Source: Parcubacteria group bacterium (lineage in GTDB: Bacteria > Patescibacteriota > Patescibacteriia > Buchananbacterales > UBA6539). From it: DNA of 64,000 nucleotides. Below, one piece after another: positions 22,519 to 32,666 of the stretch; within the stretch, counting starts at the first letter, position 1; every line of letters begins with the position of its first letter. Location: positions 78,236 through 142,235 of the forward strand of contig NYZP01000001.1 in the NCBI GenBank assembly GCA_002687175.1, in the 5' to 3' direction. Below the pieces are notes generated by a model. The model had not been told where the DNA came from. It worked only from the letters and a program-made list of their open reading frames with translations, and did not search any database. Position numbers and translations under genes: made by a program.

Positions 22519-23199
22519 ATGAAACGTTCTAAGAAATATCTAGAGGTCTCAAAAAAAATTGATAGCGACAAAGCTTATCCAATTGATAAAGCAATTAAAC
22601 TGGTTAAAGAAACCAATCTTTCAAAATTTGATGGTTCAGTTGAAACTCACATTAAACTGGGTATTGACCCTAAAAAAAGTGAGCAACAAGTTCGTGGAGC
22701 AATTACTTTACCAAACGGTACCGGTAAAACTAAAATTATTGCCGCTTTTGTCGCTCCCGACAAAGAAAAAGAAGCCAAAGAAGCCGGAGCAGATATTATT
22801 GGCGGGGAAGATCTAATTGCTGACATTAAAAAATCTGGAAAAATTGAGTTTGAAGTAGCCTTAGCTTCACCAGACATGATGCCTAAACTGGCAGTGATCG
22901 CTAAAATACTTGGACCAAGAGGTTTAATGCCATCCCCTAAGAATGAAACTATCACTACTAATATTAAAAAAACCATCAACGAATTAAAACAAGGTAAAAT
23001 AAACTTTAAGAATGATGATACCGCTAACATTCATCAAATCATCGGTAAAGTTTCATTTGATGAACAAAAATTAATTGAAAACTATAAAGCTTTTATGGAA
23101 GCCTTGACCAAAGCTAAGCCCTCTTCAGCTAAAGGTATTTACCTTAAAAATATCAGTATTTCCTCAACCATGGGTCCGGGCGTCAAAGTAGAAATTTAA
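22519..23199 (+). CDS. rplA: 50S ribosomal protein L1
   Basis: LGPRGLMPSPK and SSTMGPGVK motifs. Confidence 0.99.
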   Translation: MKRSKKYLEVSKKIDSDKAYPIDKAIKLVKETNLSKFDGSVETHIKLGIDPKKSEQQVRGAITLPNGTGKTKIIAAFVAPDKEKEAKEAGADIIGGEDLIADIKKSGKIEFEVALASPDMMPKLAVIAKILGPRGLMPSPKNETITTNIKKTINELKQGKINFKNDDTANIHQIIGKVSFDEQKLIENYKAFMEALTKAKPSSAKGIYLKNISISSTMGPGVKVEI

Positions 23200-23296
23200 A
23201 TTAAAGTAAATATATTTCCCCACCTTAATTGGTGGGGATTTTTTTATAAAAAAAGTCACCATATTTTTAAATATTGATGACTTGATAGCTGACAAG

Positions 23297-23497
23297 CTAC
23301 AAACTTGATTTGCTACGAAATGGTAAACGATCTCCGCAAATAGAACAATATATTGCACCTGGTACATGAAGCCTACGATCACATTTATTACAAAGTGATA
23401 TTTTAATGGAAACTAAATCTTTTCCACATTGAGTACAATATCTATCAGCTGGATCATTGGTTTTATTTTCACAATCACAAAAAAAACATCCAAGCAT
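23297..23497 (-). CDS. double zinc-ribbon protein
   Basis: YCTQCG and YCSICG motifs. Confidence 0.6.
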   Translation of the reverse strand: MLGCFFCDCENKTNDPADRYCTQCGKDLVSIKISLCNKCDRRLHVPGAIYCSICGDRLPFRSKSSL

Positions 23498-23641
23498 GAT
23501 TGATCACCATGTAAATGTTTGTCCGCTTAGGATCAAAGAGCAATACCTTATGTTATTAATAAACTGTAATTTTGTCAAATAACCAGCAAGTTTGCCCAAG
23601 TTTGCCAAAAACCCTTAAAATCTGTTAAAATATATGAGTTA

Positions 23642-23750
23642 TTGGCGACGTAGAGCGAGTGAAATAAAAAGTCAAAGACTTTTTATTTCAGAGCCGAGGA
23701 GTCAAAAAGAGTACAATACTACACCTCAAGATTATAGAAGGTGTTAGTAA
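23642..23750 (+). promoter_or_regulatory. structured 5' leader of the dTMP-synthesis operon
   Basis: TTGGC..GTCAA outer stem enclosing TGAAATAAAAAGTC-AAA-GACTTTTTATTTCA, then a TACTACACC..GGTGTTAGTA hairpin. Confidence 0.4.
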
Positions 23751-23810
23751 ATGAACGGGGTTTACTAAGTAGCTTAATTCCCTTTATTAGTCCTAAAAAT
23801 TTCAAAAATT

Positions 23811-24347
23811 ATGGCTGAAGAAAGAAAACATTATCGTCCTTCCTGGGATGATTATTTTATGGCAATTGCCAAAATTATTGCCGCCCGCGGCACTTGCGAT
23901 CGACTTTATGCCGGCTCGGTTTTGGTTAAAGATAATCGAATTATTTCTACAGGTTACAACGGTTCACCTCCTTCATCACCTCATTGTGCTGACGTTGGTC
24001 ATTTATTAGAAGAAGGGCACTGCGTTCGAACCATTCATGGTGAACATAATGCAATTTTACAAGCCGCAGTCCAAGGCAGTACCAGTACAGCTGGGTCGAC
24101 CATGTACAGTAAATATAATCCATGCATCCACTGTACCAAGTACGTAATTGCTGCTGGTATCAAAAGAGTTGTTATCGGAAAGATTTACCGAAATGCTAAA
24201 GCAGTTGACATGTTGAAAGAAGCTGGCATCCAAGTTGATGTTTACCAAGAAAACCAAGAGTGGAATGATGAATTAACTAAACTATTTTCCGAGGATATTA
24301 CCGACAGGACAAATGAAGGTGATGTAAATATGGAGGTTTCTAAATAA
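23811..24347 (+). CDS. dCMP deaminase (ComEB family)
   Basis: RPSWDDYFM, TGYNG, HGEHNA and PCIHC motifs. Confidence 0.93.
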   Translation: MAEERKHYRPSWDDYFMAIAKIIAARGTCDRLYAGSVLVKDNRIISTGYNGSPPSSPHCADVGHLLEEGHCVRTIHGEHNAILQAAVQGSTSTAGSTMYSKYNPCIHCTKYVIAAGIKRVVIGKIYRNAKAVDMLKEAGIQVDVYQENQEWNDELTKLFSEDITDRTNEGDVNMEVSK

Positions 24348-24910
24348 TGGGAAAAGTTATTTTAGGCTTAGTTGGTGAATTAGCCGCCGGTAAAGGAACA
24401 ATTGTTGATTATCTTAAAAAGAAACATCAGGCTGTTTCTTTTCGTTATTCCGATCCGTTAAGAGAAACCCTTGAGTTGTATGATGTTGAAATAACCAGAG
24501 ATAATATGCAATCATTATCCACTTTTTTAAGACAAAACTATAGCGAAAGCATTTTAGCAGATTCAATTTTAAAAAAGATAAAAAGTTCTGACCATCATCT
24601 TATTGTTATTGATGGCGTGCGTCGGTTCACTGATTTTGAAAATCTGACCAAACTGCCTAACTTTCATTTAGTTTACGTTACGGCTGAACCAAAAACTCGT
24701 TACGATCGGTATATTAAAAGAGATGAAAATGTTGGTGATAACACCTTTAGTTTTGAGGACTTTTCGGAAAAAGAAAAAGCCGAGGCTGACAAACAAGTGC
24801 CAGCAGTCGGGAAAAAAGCCGATTTTAAAATTGACAACAATGGAGATTTTGAATCTTTACATCAACAGGTTGAGGATATATGGAAAAAAATAGATGAAGG
24901 TAAAAATTAA
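24347..24910 (+). CDS. P-loop nucleotide kinase (dephospho-CoA/adenylate kinase-like)
   Basis: GELAAGKGT Walker A, IDGVRR and ADFKIDNNG motifs. Confidence 0.85.
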   Translation: MGKVILGLVGELAAGKGTIVDYLKKKHQAVSFRYSDPLRETLELYDVEITRDNMQSLSTFLRQNYSESILADSILKKIKSSDHHLIVIDGVRRFTDFENLTKLPNFHLVYVTAEPKTRYDRYIKRDENVGDNTFSFEDFSEKEKAEADKQVPAVGKKADFKIDNNGDFESLHQQVEDIWKKIDEGKN

Positions 24911-25316
24911 AAAATTAAATACTGAAGCAGTTATCCCCTCGTATGCTCATCCGGGAGATGTCGGGCTGGATCTCTATGCTTTAGACGATTATAGTTTACA
25001 ACCAGGAGAAAGAAAAATTTTTGATCTTGGTTTTGCTTTGGAGTTTGAAACTGGTTATGTGGCCTTTGTAAAAGATAAAAGTAGTTTACCAAAAAATGGT
25101 GGTGTTCATACTATGGCTGGAGTATATGATGCTGGTTACCGTGGTGAATACAATGTTAACCTGATTAACCTTGGCAATGAAATTTATCAAATTAATAAGG
25201 GAGATAAAATTGCTCAATTAGTTATTATGCCAGTTATCAAAGCAGATTTAGAAGAAACCGAAAATTTATCTAACACCAGTCGCGGTGAAGGTCGCTTTGG
25301 CTCAACCGGAAAGTAA
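24894..25316 (+). CDS. dut: dUTP diphosphatase
   Basis: DVGLDL, GVYDAGYRGE, IAQLV and RGEGRFGSTG motifs. Confidence 0.96.
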   Translation: MKVKIKKLNTEAVIPSYAHPGDVGLDLYALDDYSLQPGERKIFDLGFALEFETGYVAFVKDKSSLPKNGGVHTMAGVYDAGYRGEYNVNLINLGNEIYQINKGDKIAQLVIMPVIKADLEETENLSNTSRGEGRFGSTGK

Positions 25317-25331
25317 ATATAAAATAAATAC

Positions 25332-27692
25332 ATGGAAGATAAAAATATAACAATTATTGCAGCTATTGCAATCATTATTTTTCTAATAATAATTGGCGCA
25401 TTTTTTCTTTTTCACTACTTACCCAGATCTGGCCAACCACAAATTGAACCACTGGTTGAAGCCAACCAAAATCTTACTGGTGAAGTAGGAATAGCTCCTT
25501 CATTACCAACTTCTGACGACACCTTAACCGCTGAACAAATTACTGAATTATCACAATCTCGTTTAGAAAAAGAAAAACAGTTTATCTCTTCATTTTGGCA
25601 ACTAATTAGTACTCCGTACACACCGGCAGTAGCTCCCTATCAATTATCATTAGATAACATAAAAGAAGAAGTGGTAAATTATCGTGACTTTTCACGAAGA
25701 ATAGATTTGGACTCAGCTTTAACCAAGCTAACGGAAAATAATTTTGTGGTTATTGATAATCCTTTTGATCCTCAGGTTACTGATTGGCAAAGTAATTATA
25801 AAAACTTAAAGGATGAAAATTTACCAATATTTATAAGTTCTGATTCAATTGTTGGTGTGTATCAAGATACTTTACAAATTATCTATAAAGAAATTGAGCA
25901 AGAAATATTTTATCCTTCACTCTGGGAATTGTTAGAAAAAATGTATAACAAAACGAAGAAAAGATATGAAGCTAAACGTTTACAATTTGGTATTGAAACT
26001 GACACCCTGACCGAAGCCAACCGCCTTGAACTGGCATATTTAACAGTAGCTTTAAAACTTCTGCAACCAGAAGAAAGTCAAATTAAAGAATCGTTAACCG
26101 CCGACAAAAAATTCTTTTCCAGTTTTGAAGGAAGCCTTTATAAAATTGATGTGCCTGAATATTTAGTTGACCAGGTTAATCAAGAAATCAGTTTGATTTC
26201 TGCCAAAAAGCAGAGCAGTAAATCACCAATTTTTTTGTACGATAACGATTATCAAGAATACAATATTCCCGCGCAGTACCAAACTTCTGAGATTTTAAAA
26301 AATTACTATTTAGCAATTACTTGGTTAAAAGAATCATTCTTTCCTCTCTGGTTTACCGCCGATGACTGTGCCGACTGTCTTTTAGACCAACAGGATCATC
26401 GTATAAACTTTATTGCTTCATTGTTGCTGAGTAATGATCTGGCCAGTGATCAAAACTTAAAAAATAGCTGGGCAAATATTTATAAATCAATTTCTTTTTT
26501 CAAGGGACTAGAGTCAAATTTAACTTACTTAGATTATAATCAAGCAGCGATAAATGTGTTTGATGTAGACTTAAATTTTGATGATATTTTTGCAACAGAC
26601 CAGGAGACTACCAACCAAAATATTATCAATTTACAAAATGAAATAAATAATTTTGAATTTCCAGCTGTCCTCGGCGGCTCAAAAGAAAATAAAGAAAAAG
26701 TTGGTCTAAAACTGTTACGGGATTACCATTTACTGGAAACAAGTTTATTTGACTCGTTGACTGGTACGGAAATTGGTAATCACCGGACTGTTGGACCAAG
26801 AGAAGAACTACCTTTTACCGCTTGCAATAATCAAGGAGATATTAATCGATGTATCGTAACTGGCTTAGACCTCTTTAACCTGCTAGATAACCAAGCCGCC
26901 AGGCAAGTACTGACTGAGTCTCTGGATGACAACTATCCGTCTTACTTGTCGAGAATAAATAATTTTGTTGATCAGGTAATGAAATTTGATCAAAACACTT
27001 GGCACGATAATTCCTATCTGGCGATGTTATCGGCTTTACAAAATCTCAATGACCAGGACCGTACTGCCTGGCCATCTTTTATGAACAGCGAGGCCTGGAG
27101 TAAAAAATCTTTAAGTACCGGTTTAGCTACCTGGTCACTGACTCATAGAGAAATTAATTTCGAAAAACAGGCATTTGAAGAAATTTTGGGTGATGGTTTT
27201 GGTAACTATTTCCCCTATGGTTATATTGAACCGCAAGTTGAGCTATACAATGAACTGCTGGCTAATGTTAACATGGTGATGAATGGATTTTTGAGTTTAG
27301 AAATAATTTCACCAATCGGTAAGCCATTTCAACGATTAGAAGCTTTAAAAAATATTTTAGAAAAGTCCAGTGCTATTGCTCAAAAAGAATTGGAAAATCA
27401 AACCTTGGAAGCGACTGATTATGACTTCATTAATAGCTATGCCAGACAACTAAATATAATTTTTGGAGATATTAAAAAGGAAAACATTCAAAATTTTTAT
27501 TCTTTTGAGCATATCGTAGATAAAAATAATATCTTAATTGAAAAAATTAATGGCTTTGATTATATCGTAGTTATTTATCCTAATGAGCAAGGACGGTTAT
27601 TCTTGGCTATTGGTCCGGTTTTTAATTATGCCGAAACCAAATTCAAAAGGATAGAACCATCTTCAATTTGGCAGGAAGCATTTAAACTTTAA
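25332..27692 (+). CDS. DUF3160-like membrane-anchored protein
   Basis: N-terminal TM; LPIFISSDS, YYLAITW, LATWSLTH, GYIEP and AIGPVFNYAE motifs. Confidence 0.75.
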   Translation: MEDKNITIIAAIAIIIFLIIIGAFFLFHYLPRSGQPQIEPLVEANQNLTGEVGIAPSLPTSDDTLTAEQITELSQSRLEKEKQFISSFWQLISTPYTPAVAPYQLSLDNIKEEVVNYRDFSRRIDLDSALTKLTENNFVVIDNPFDPQVTDWQSNYKNLKDENLPIFISSDSIVGVYQDTLQIIYKEIEQEIFYPSLWELLEKMYNKTKKRYEAKRLQFGIETDTLTEANRLELAYLTVALKLLQPEESQIKESLTADKKFFSSFEGSLYKIDVPEYLVDQVNQEISLISAKKQSSKSPIFLYDNDYQEYNIPAQYQTSEILKNYYLAITWLKESFFPLWFTADDCADCLLDQQDHRINFIASLLLSNDLASDQNLKNSWANIYKSISFFKGLESNLTYLDYNQAAINVFDVDLNFDDIFATDQETTNQNIINLQNEINNFEFPAVLGGSKENKEKVGLKLLRDYHLLETSLFDSLTGTEIGNHRTVGPREELPFTACNNQGDINRCIVTGLDLFNLLDNQAARQVLTESLDDNYPSYLSRINNFVDQVMKFDQNTWHDNSYLAMLSALQNLNDQDRTAWPSFMNSEAWSKKSLSTGLATWSLTHREINFEKQAFEEILGDGFGNYFPYGYIEPQVELYNELLANVNMVMNGFLSLEIISPIGKPFQRLEALKNILEKSSAIAQKELENQTLEATDYDFINSYARQLNIIFGDIKKENIQNFYSFEHIVDKNNILIEKINGFDYIVVIYPNEQGRLFLAIGPVFNYAETKFKRIEPSSIWQEAFKL

Positions 27693-27695
27693 ATT

Positions 27696-28568
27696 ATGAA
27701 AGCTTATCTGGATATTGTACAAAAAGTTTTAGACGTTGGCATAAAAAAAATGCCTCGCCAAGGAATTGAAGCCTTGACCATGGCTGGCGCAATGTTTGAG
27801 CATGATATGTCTAAAGGATTTCCTCTTTTAACTACTAAAAAAGTTCCCTTAAGATTAGTGGCTAGTGAATTAGAATTTTTCATCAAAGGTATTACTGATA
27901 AGCAGTGGTTACTGGATCGCAATAATCATATCTGGGATGAATGGGCCAATCCTAAAAAAGCTCCCTATGGACATGATGAGCAATCAAAAAAACGGATGCT
28001 AGAGGAACGTGACTTAGGAGCAATTTATGGTTTTCAATGGCGTCATTTTAATGCTCAATATGACAGCTACGACTCAGATTACACGGACAAAGGCGTTGAT
28101 CAACTCAAACGTGTTATTGAAATGCTTAAAAAAAATCCTGATGACCGCCGAATGATTGTGTCGGCCTGGAATCCAATTATGCTGGGTGAAATGGCATTAC
28201 CGCCATGTCATTATCTTTATCAAGTCACTGTCATTGATGGGAGGCTAAACTTAATGTGGAATCAACGCTCTGTTGATATAATGTTGGGCTTGCCATTTAA
28301 TATCGCCAGTTATGCTCTACTGTTACACTTAATAGCCAAAGAAACTGGCTTTAAAGAAGGTAGATTAGTCGGCTTTCTTGGTGATGTTCATCTGTTTGTT
28401 AACCATGTTGAGGGGGCAAAAGAGCAATTATCTCGCGATTCAAATAAATATCCCCTACCAAAAATTGCCACGGAAGATTTTAAATCAATTTTTGACTGGA
28501 ACTATGAACAAACAAAATTAATTGATTACGAAAGCTACCCCCGAATTAAATTTGATATAGCTGTATAA
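27696..28568 (+). CDS. thyA: thymidylate synthase
   Basis: FPLLTTKK, MALPPCH and QRSVDIMLGLPFNIASY motifs. Confidence 0.98.
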   Translation: MKAYLDIVQKVLDVGIKKMPRQGIEALTMAGAMFEHDMSKGFPLLTTKKVPLRLVASELEFFIKGITDKQWLLDRNNHIWDEWANPKKAPYGHDEQSKKRMLEERDLGAIYGFQWRHFNAQYDSYDSDYTDKGVDQLKRVIEMLKKNPDDRRMIVSAWNPIMLGEMALPPCHYLYQVTVIDGRLNLMWNQRSVDIMLGLPFNIASYALLLHLIAKETGFKEGRLVGFLGDVHLFVNHVEGAKEQLSRDSNKYPLPKIATEDFKSIFDWNYEQTKLIDYESYPRIKFDIAV

Positions 28569-28570
28569 CC

Positions 28571-29089
28571 ATGAAACTAATAATTATGATGGCAATGACC
28601 GTTGACGGTATAATTGCTAAAAATAAATCACACAATGCTGACTGGACCTCCAAGGCTGATAAAAAAGCCTTTATTGCCGAAACCAAAAAACATGGTGCCA
28701 TCATCATGGGAGACACTACTTTTGTTGCCATGGGTCAAAAATCTTTACCTGGTCGTTTAAATTTAATACTAAGCATGGAACCAGAAAAGTACCAGGATAA
28801 AATAGTAGCTAACCAACTAGAATTTATTAAAGCCTCACCGGAAGATGTAGTAAAAAATTTAGCAGACCGTGGCTTTGAATCAGCTATTTTAGGTGGCGGT
28901 GCTAGAACTAATTCTTATTTTTTAAAAGCTGGCTTAGTTGACGAAATTTTGATTACAATAGAACCGAAAATATTTGGCGGCGGGCTAAACTTTACTGAAG
29001 GTGAAGAGTTTGATCTTGATTTAAAACTGTTGGAAGTTAATAAGCTAGGAGATGAGGCTCTACAACTAAGGTATAAAATTTTGAAATAA
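28571..29089 (+). CDS. dihydrofolate reductase family protein
   Basis: MAMTVDGII, IIMGDTT, LPGRLN and ILGGG motifs; directly follows thyA. Confidence 0.88.
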   Translation: MKLIIMMAMTVDGIIAKNKSHNADWTSKADKKAFIAETKKHGAIIMGDTTFVAMGQKSLPGRLNLILSMEPEKYQDKIVANQLEFIKASPEDVVKNLADRGFESAILGGGARTNSYFLKAGLVDEILITIEPKIFGGGLNFTEGEEFDLDLKLLEVNKLGDEALQLRYKILK

Positions 29090-29154
29090 AAAAAGACGAC
29101 AGTCGTAACTATCGCCAAATGAACTGATATTGCCACCAAAAACTTTGTATTCAG

Positions 29155-29439
29155 TTAATGTTCGGTCATTTCTGCCGCGAACAAAACCAAAGCAAGTATA
29201 GTGAAAATAATAAGGATGGCTGTTGAGAAAAAACTCCAGCCTAATGATAGAGCACCTTGCCATCGTAGAGCAAATGCCAACCACAACGATAGAACTCCAA
29301 CGCATCCAATACAAGGTGTTGCGAGACCCAGGAAGCATAATAAATCACTCTCATCAACTTCATGCCCGCATTTGTATGCCCTGAAATAAAATAGTGCATA
29401 CATCGTCATCATCCCGATCAGAAAATATACAGTCAACAT
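29155..29439 (-). CDS. small 3-TM membrane protein
   Basis: GGAGG SD before ATG at 29439; similar to the upstream neighbour. Confidence 0.6.
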   Translation of the reverse strand: MLTVYFLIGMMTMYALFYFRAYKCGHEVDESDLLCFLGLATPCIGCVGVLSLWLAFALRWQGALSLGWSFFSTAILIIFTILALVLFAAEMTEH

Positions 29440-29494
29440 GACATTTCCTCCGTCTGGTTGAGGCACGTTAAGCAATCGACCAATGTGATCAATT

Positions 29495-29842
29495 TTAATC
29501 ACAAAACAGACATTCCGTCTTACGTTGATCTTCAACAGTAGCCTCCCTACTTCTGCTACCTGTATAATCAAGAAACAAAGCATTATTAACTACGAGCAGT
29601 TGAACAAAGACTTGCAAAATTATCGCAGGAACCATGGTCTGCTCAAATGAGACATCTGGCACCCAACCTTGAGTGTATGATACCCACACAAAAATGATCC
29701 CAGCCACCCCAATTAATGGAGTAATCCAAGCCAATAACAAATTAACAATGTCATTGCTTATCTCTCCAGAATCATCCATCCGCATGTAATACAGAAAGTA
29801 GCACAGCACCATCAAGACAATAAATCCAAGTGTCGACATCAC
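29495..29842 (-). CDS. small 3-TM membrane protein
   Basis: AAGGAGGTG SD; hydrophobic segments. Confidence 0.6.
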   Translation of the reverse strand: MMSTLGFIVLMVLCYFLYYMRMDDSGEISNDIVNLLLAWITPLIGVAGIIFVWVSYTQGWVPDVSFEQTMVPAIILQVFVQLLVVNNALFLDYTGSRSREATVEDQRKTECLFCD

Positions 29843-29931
29843 ATCACCTCCTTCATGGATTGAGACACATGATTAGTTAACCTCCAATTATTAAATATTA
29901 AATCACTTATTTTTTAAAGTCAACTTACTTT

Positions 29932-30579
29932 ATGTCAGGAAAACTAATTGTCATCGACGGTATCGACGGCTCGGGTAAAGCTACCCAGACCGATATTTTA
30001 GTTAAAAAGCTGAAGCAAAAAGGTCAGGCAGTTGAAACTGTTGATTTTCCTCAGTACACCCAAAACTTCTTTGGTGGTATGGTTAGAAAGTATCTAGATG
30101 GTCAATTTGGAATACCAACCGAGGTTGATCCATATTTAGCTTCCATACTCTATGCCGGTGATCGTTTTGAATCTTCCCAAAAAATTAAAGATTGGTTAGC
30201 CGCTGATAAGCTGGTAGTACTGGACAGATATTATACTTCAAATTTTATTCATCAAACTACCAAAATGGCCGAAGGTGAGATTGATGACTTCATTAGTTGG
30301 GAGCATAAATTAGAATTTGAAATTTTTAAAATACCAGAACCAGACTTAGTAATATACTTACATGTTGAACCTAAAATAGCCTATCAACTGGTCAGTAAAC
30401 GAGGTAGTGGCCACGACGGTCATGACACTCTTGACCACATGAGAAAAGCCGAACAACGGTCTACCTTGCTTGCTGATAAACTTAATTGGACAACTGTTAA
30501 GTGTTCGGACGGAAAAAAACCACTGGCGATAGAAAAAATATCCCAAAAAATTTTTAAAGAAGTGAAAAAAATTATTTAA
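29932..30579 (+). CDS. tmk: thymidylate kinase
   Basis: DGIDGSGKATQ, LDRYYTS and PDLVIYL motifs. Confidence 0.93.
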   Translation: MSGKLIVIDGIDGSGKATQTDILVKKLKQKGQAVETVDFPQYTQNFFGGMVRKYLDGQFGIPTEVDPYLASILYAGDRFESSQKIKDWLAADKLVVLDRYYTSNFIHQTTKMAEGEIDDFISWEHKLEFEIFKIPEPDLVIYLHVEPKIAYQLVSKRGSGHDGHDTLDHMRKAEQRSTLLADKLNWTTVKCSDGKKPLAIEKISQKIFKEVKKII

Positions 30580-30736
30580 ATTACTAGATACTGTCGACGA
30601 AGATTAAATACTCTCTTTATTTATTAGAAATAATGTGATACTCTGTATGAGTAAATTTAATTATAAAAAGTTAAAAAACTAAAAAATTTACCCCGTAAAA
30701 TTCCAGAGTAATTTGTACGGGGCTACAGCCTAAAAT

Positions 30737-32269
30737 ATGAATCTAACGCCTATCATTGGATTAGAGATCCATGTACAACTCAGAACCAAGTCAAAAATGT
30801 TTTGTACTTGTGACAATACTGGAGAAAATAAACCGGCAAACACCACGGTCTGTCCCATTTGTATGGGCCATCCTGGAACGCTACCGGTAATGAATCGTCA
30901 AGCCGTGGAATGGTCAGTAATGTCGGCCTTAGCGATTAACTGTCAAATTCCTAAACTTTCTAAATTTGATCGAAAAAGTTATTTTTATCCTGATCTACCA
31001 AAGGCTTATCAAATCTCGCAATTCGATCAGCCAATTGGTGTCAAAGGTTATTTGATTGTAAACAGTAAAGAGGGAAATCGTCGAGTTGATATTACCAGAC
31101 TTCATCTGGAAGAAGATGCAGCCAAAAATTTACATTCAGCTGATGGAAAAAATACCTTAGTTGATTATAATCGCTCCGGTACTCCCTTGATGGAGATAGT
31201 AACTGAACCGGATTTAAGAAATGCTGCCGAAGCCAAAACGTTTATGCAGGAATTAAGATTGATTATGCGTTACCTGGGAGTATCTAATGCTGACATGGAA
31301 AAAGGGCATCTTCGTTGTGATGCTAATATCTCCTTAACTGATCAAGACCCTAATAATATTGTTATTGATAAACTTAAACCCAAAACCGAAATTAAGAATA
31401 TAAACTCCTTCAAGGCTGTAGAGAAAGCCATCGATTATGAAATTAAAAGACAAACTCAACTTTGGAGAGATGGCAGTCCTCCAGACCAACTTTCTACTCG
31501 TGGCTGGAATGAAACTAAATCAATAACCGAAAATCAAAGAATTAAGGAAGAAGCTTCAGACTATCGGTACTTCCCTGAACCAGATCTACCTCCTTTAAAC
31601 TTTAATCCGGAAGTTAAAAACACTATTGATGTCAAAACTATTAAAGCCAGCTTGATTGAGCTACCTCAGGCTAGACGCCAAAGATTTATTAATGAATATG
31701 AAGTAGCTTCAGACAATGCCAAGGTTATGACCGATGATAAAGCTTTGGCGGACTTTTTTGAACAATCAATGTCTGAACTGCGAGCCTGGTTGGTTGCTCT
31801 TGGGGAAGAAGAAGGCACTGAAGATGAAATTTGGCAAAAAGGCAAAGCCAAGCTTTCTAAGCTAACCGGTAACTGGTTGTTGAATAAACTTTTAGCAATT
31901 TTACATAAAGAGAATAAAACCATAGCAAAAGCAGAAGTGACCCCAGAAAATTTTGCCGAGTTTATTACCATGATACATCAAAATAAAGTTAACTCCACAA
32001 TTGCCCAAAAAATCTTGGAATTAATGATATTGACAGGAAAAGATCCATCAGTAATAATAGAAGAAGAAGACTTAACTGGTGGTACTGACGAAGGAGAACT
32101 TGATTCAATCATTGATAAAATAATTACTGAAAATCCTAAACAAGTTGAACAATATAAAGCCGGAAAAGAAACAGTTATTCAATATTTCATTGGTCAGACC
32201 ATGAGGGCTACTAAGGGTCAGGCCGACCCTCAAACACTTAAAGATACTTTAATAAATAAACTAAAATAA
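30737..32269 (+). CDS. gatB: Asp-tRNA(Asn)/Glu-tRNA(Gln) amidotransferase subunit B
   Basis: IGLEIHVQL, FDRKSYFYPDLPK and DYRYFPEPDLPP motifs. Confidence 0.98.
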   Translation: MNLTPIIGLEIHVQLRTKSKMFCTCDNTGENKPANTTVCPICMGHPGTLPVMNRQAVEWSVMSALAINCQIPKLSKFDRKSYFYPDLPKAYQISQFDQPIGVKGYLIVNSKEGNRRVDITRLHLEEDAAKNLHSADGKNTLVDYNRSGTPLMEIVTEPDLRNAAEAKTFMQELRLIMRYLGVSNADMEKGHLRCDANISLTDQDPNNIVIDKLKPKTEIKNINSFKAVEKAIDYEIKRQTQLWRDGSPPDQLSTRGWNETKSITENQRIKEEASDYRYFPEPDLPPLNFNPEVKNTIDVKTIKASLIELPQARRQRFINEYEVASDNAKVMTDDKALADFFEQSMSELRAWLVALGEEEGTEDEIWQKGKAKLSKLTGNWLLNKLLAILHKENKTIAKAEVTPENFAEFITMIHQNKVNSTIAQKILELMILTGKDPSVIIEEEDLTGGTDEGELDSIIDKIITENPKQVEQYKAGKETVIQYFIGQTMRATKGQADPQTLKDTLINKLK

Positions 32270-32270
32270 T

Positions 32271-32627
32271 ATGGTAAATATTGAGGGAAGAGGGGGCTCA
32301 TCTGTCGAAGCTGACGCCAGCTGGAAGGCTGAGGAGGGAGAAAGAGAATCATTAACTGACAGAGAACAAAGAGCTATAGGTAGACCTGCTGATATTTTTG
32401 CAAGTGGAGAGGATTTATCTAAACTCTTAGAAGATAATGGAAGTATAGAAGCACGACTTTCTGATGGTGCCAGAAAACTTAGAGATAATCCAGATATAGA
32501 ATTTAAAGGTGTAAAATTTAGTGAGTTAGCAAGTGATCAGCAACAGTTTATAGAAAATGCAATAACTGCAGCTAACGAGTATCAGACTGAGATGGAAGAA
32601 AGATTAGGACTCGAGAAAACCATGTAA
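32271..32627 (+). CDS. acidic hypothetical protein
   Basis: ORF immediately after gatB, followed by a bidirectional terminator. Confidence 0.6.
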   Translation: MVNIEGRGGSSVEADASWKAEEGERESLTDREQRAIGRPADIFASGEDLSKLLEDNGSIEARLSDGARKLRDNPDIEFKGVKFSELASDQQQFIENAITAANEYQTEMEERLGLEKTM

Positions 32628-32637
32628 TAAATTTATT

Positions 32638-32666
32638 AAAAAACGGGGTGTCGGCCCCGTTTTTTT
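32638..32666. terminator. bidirectional intrinsic terminator
   Basis: AAAAAACGGGG-TGTCGG-CCCCGTTTTTT between convergent genes. Confidence 0.8.
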
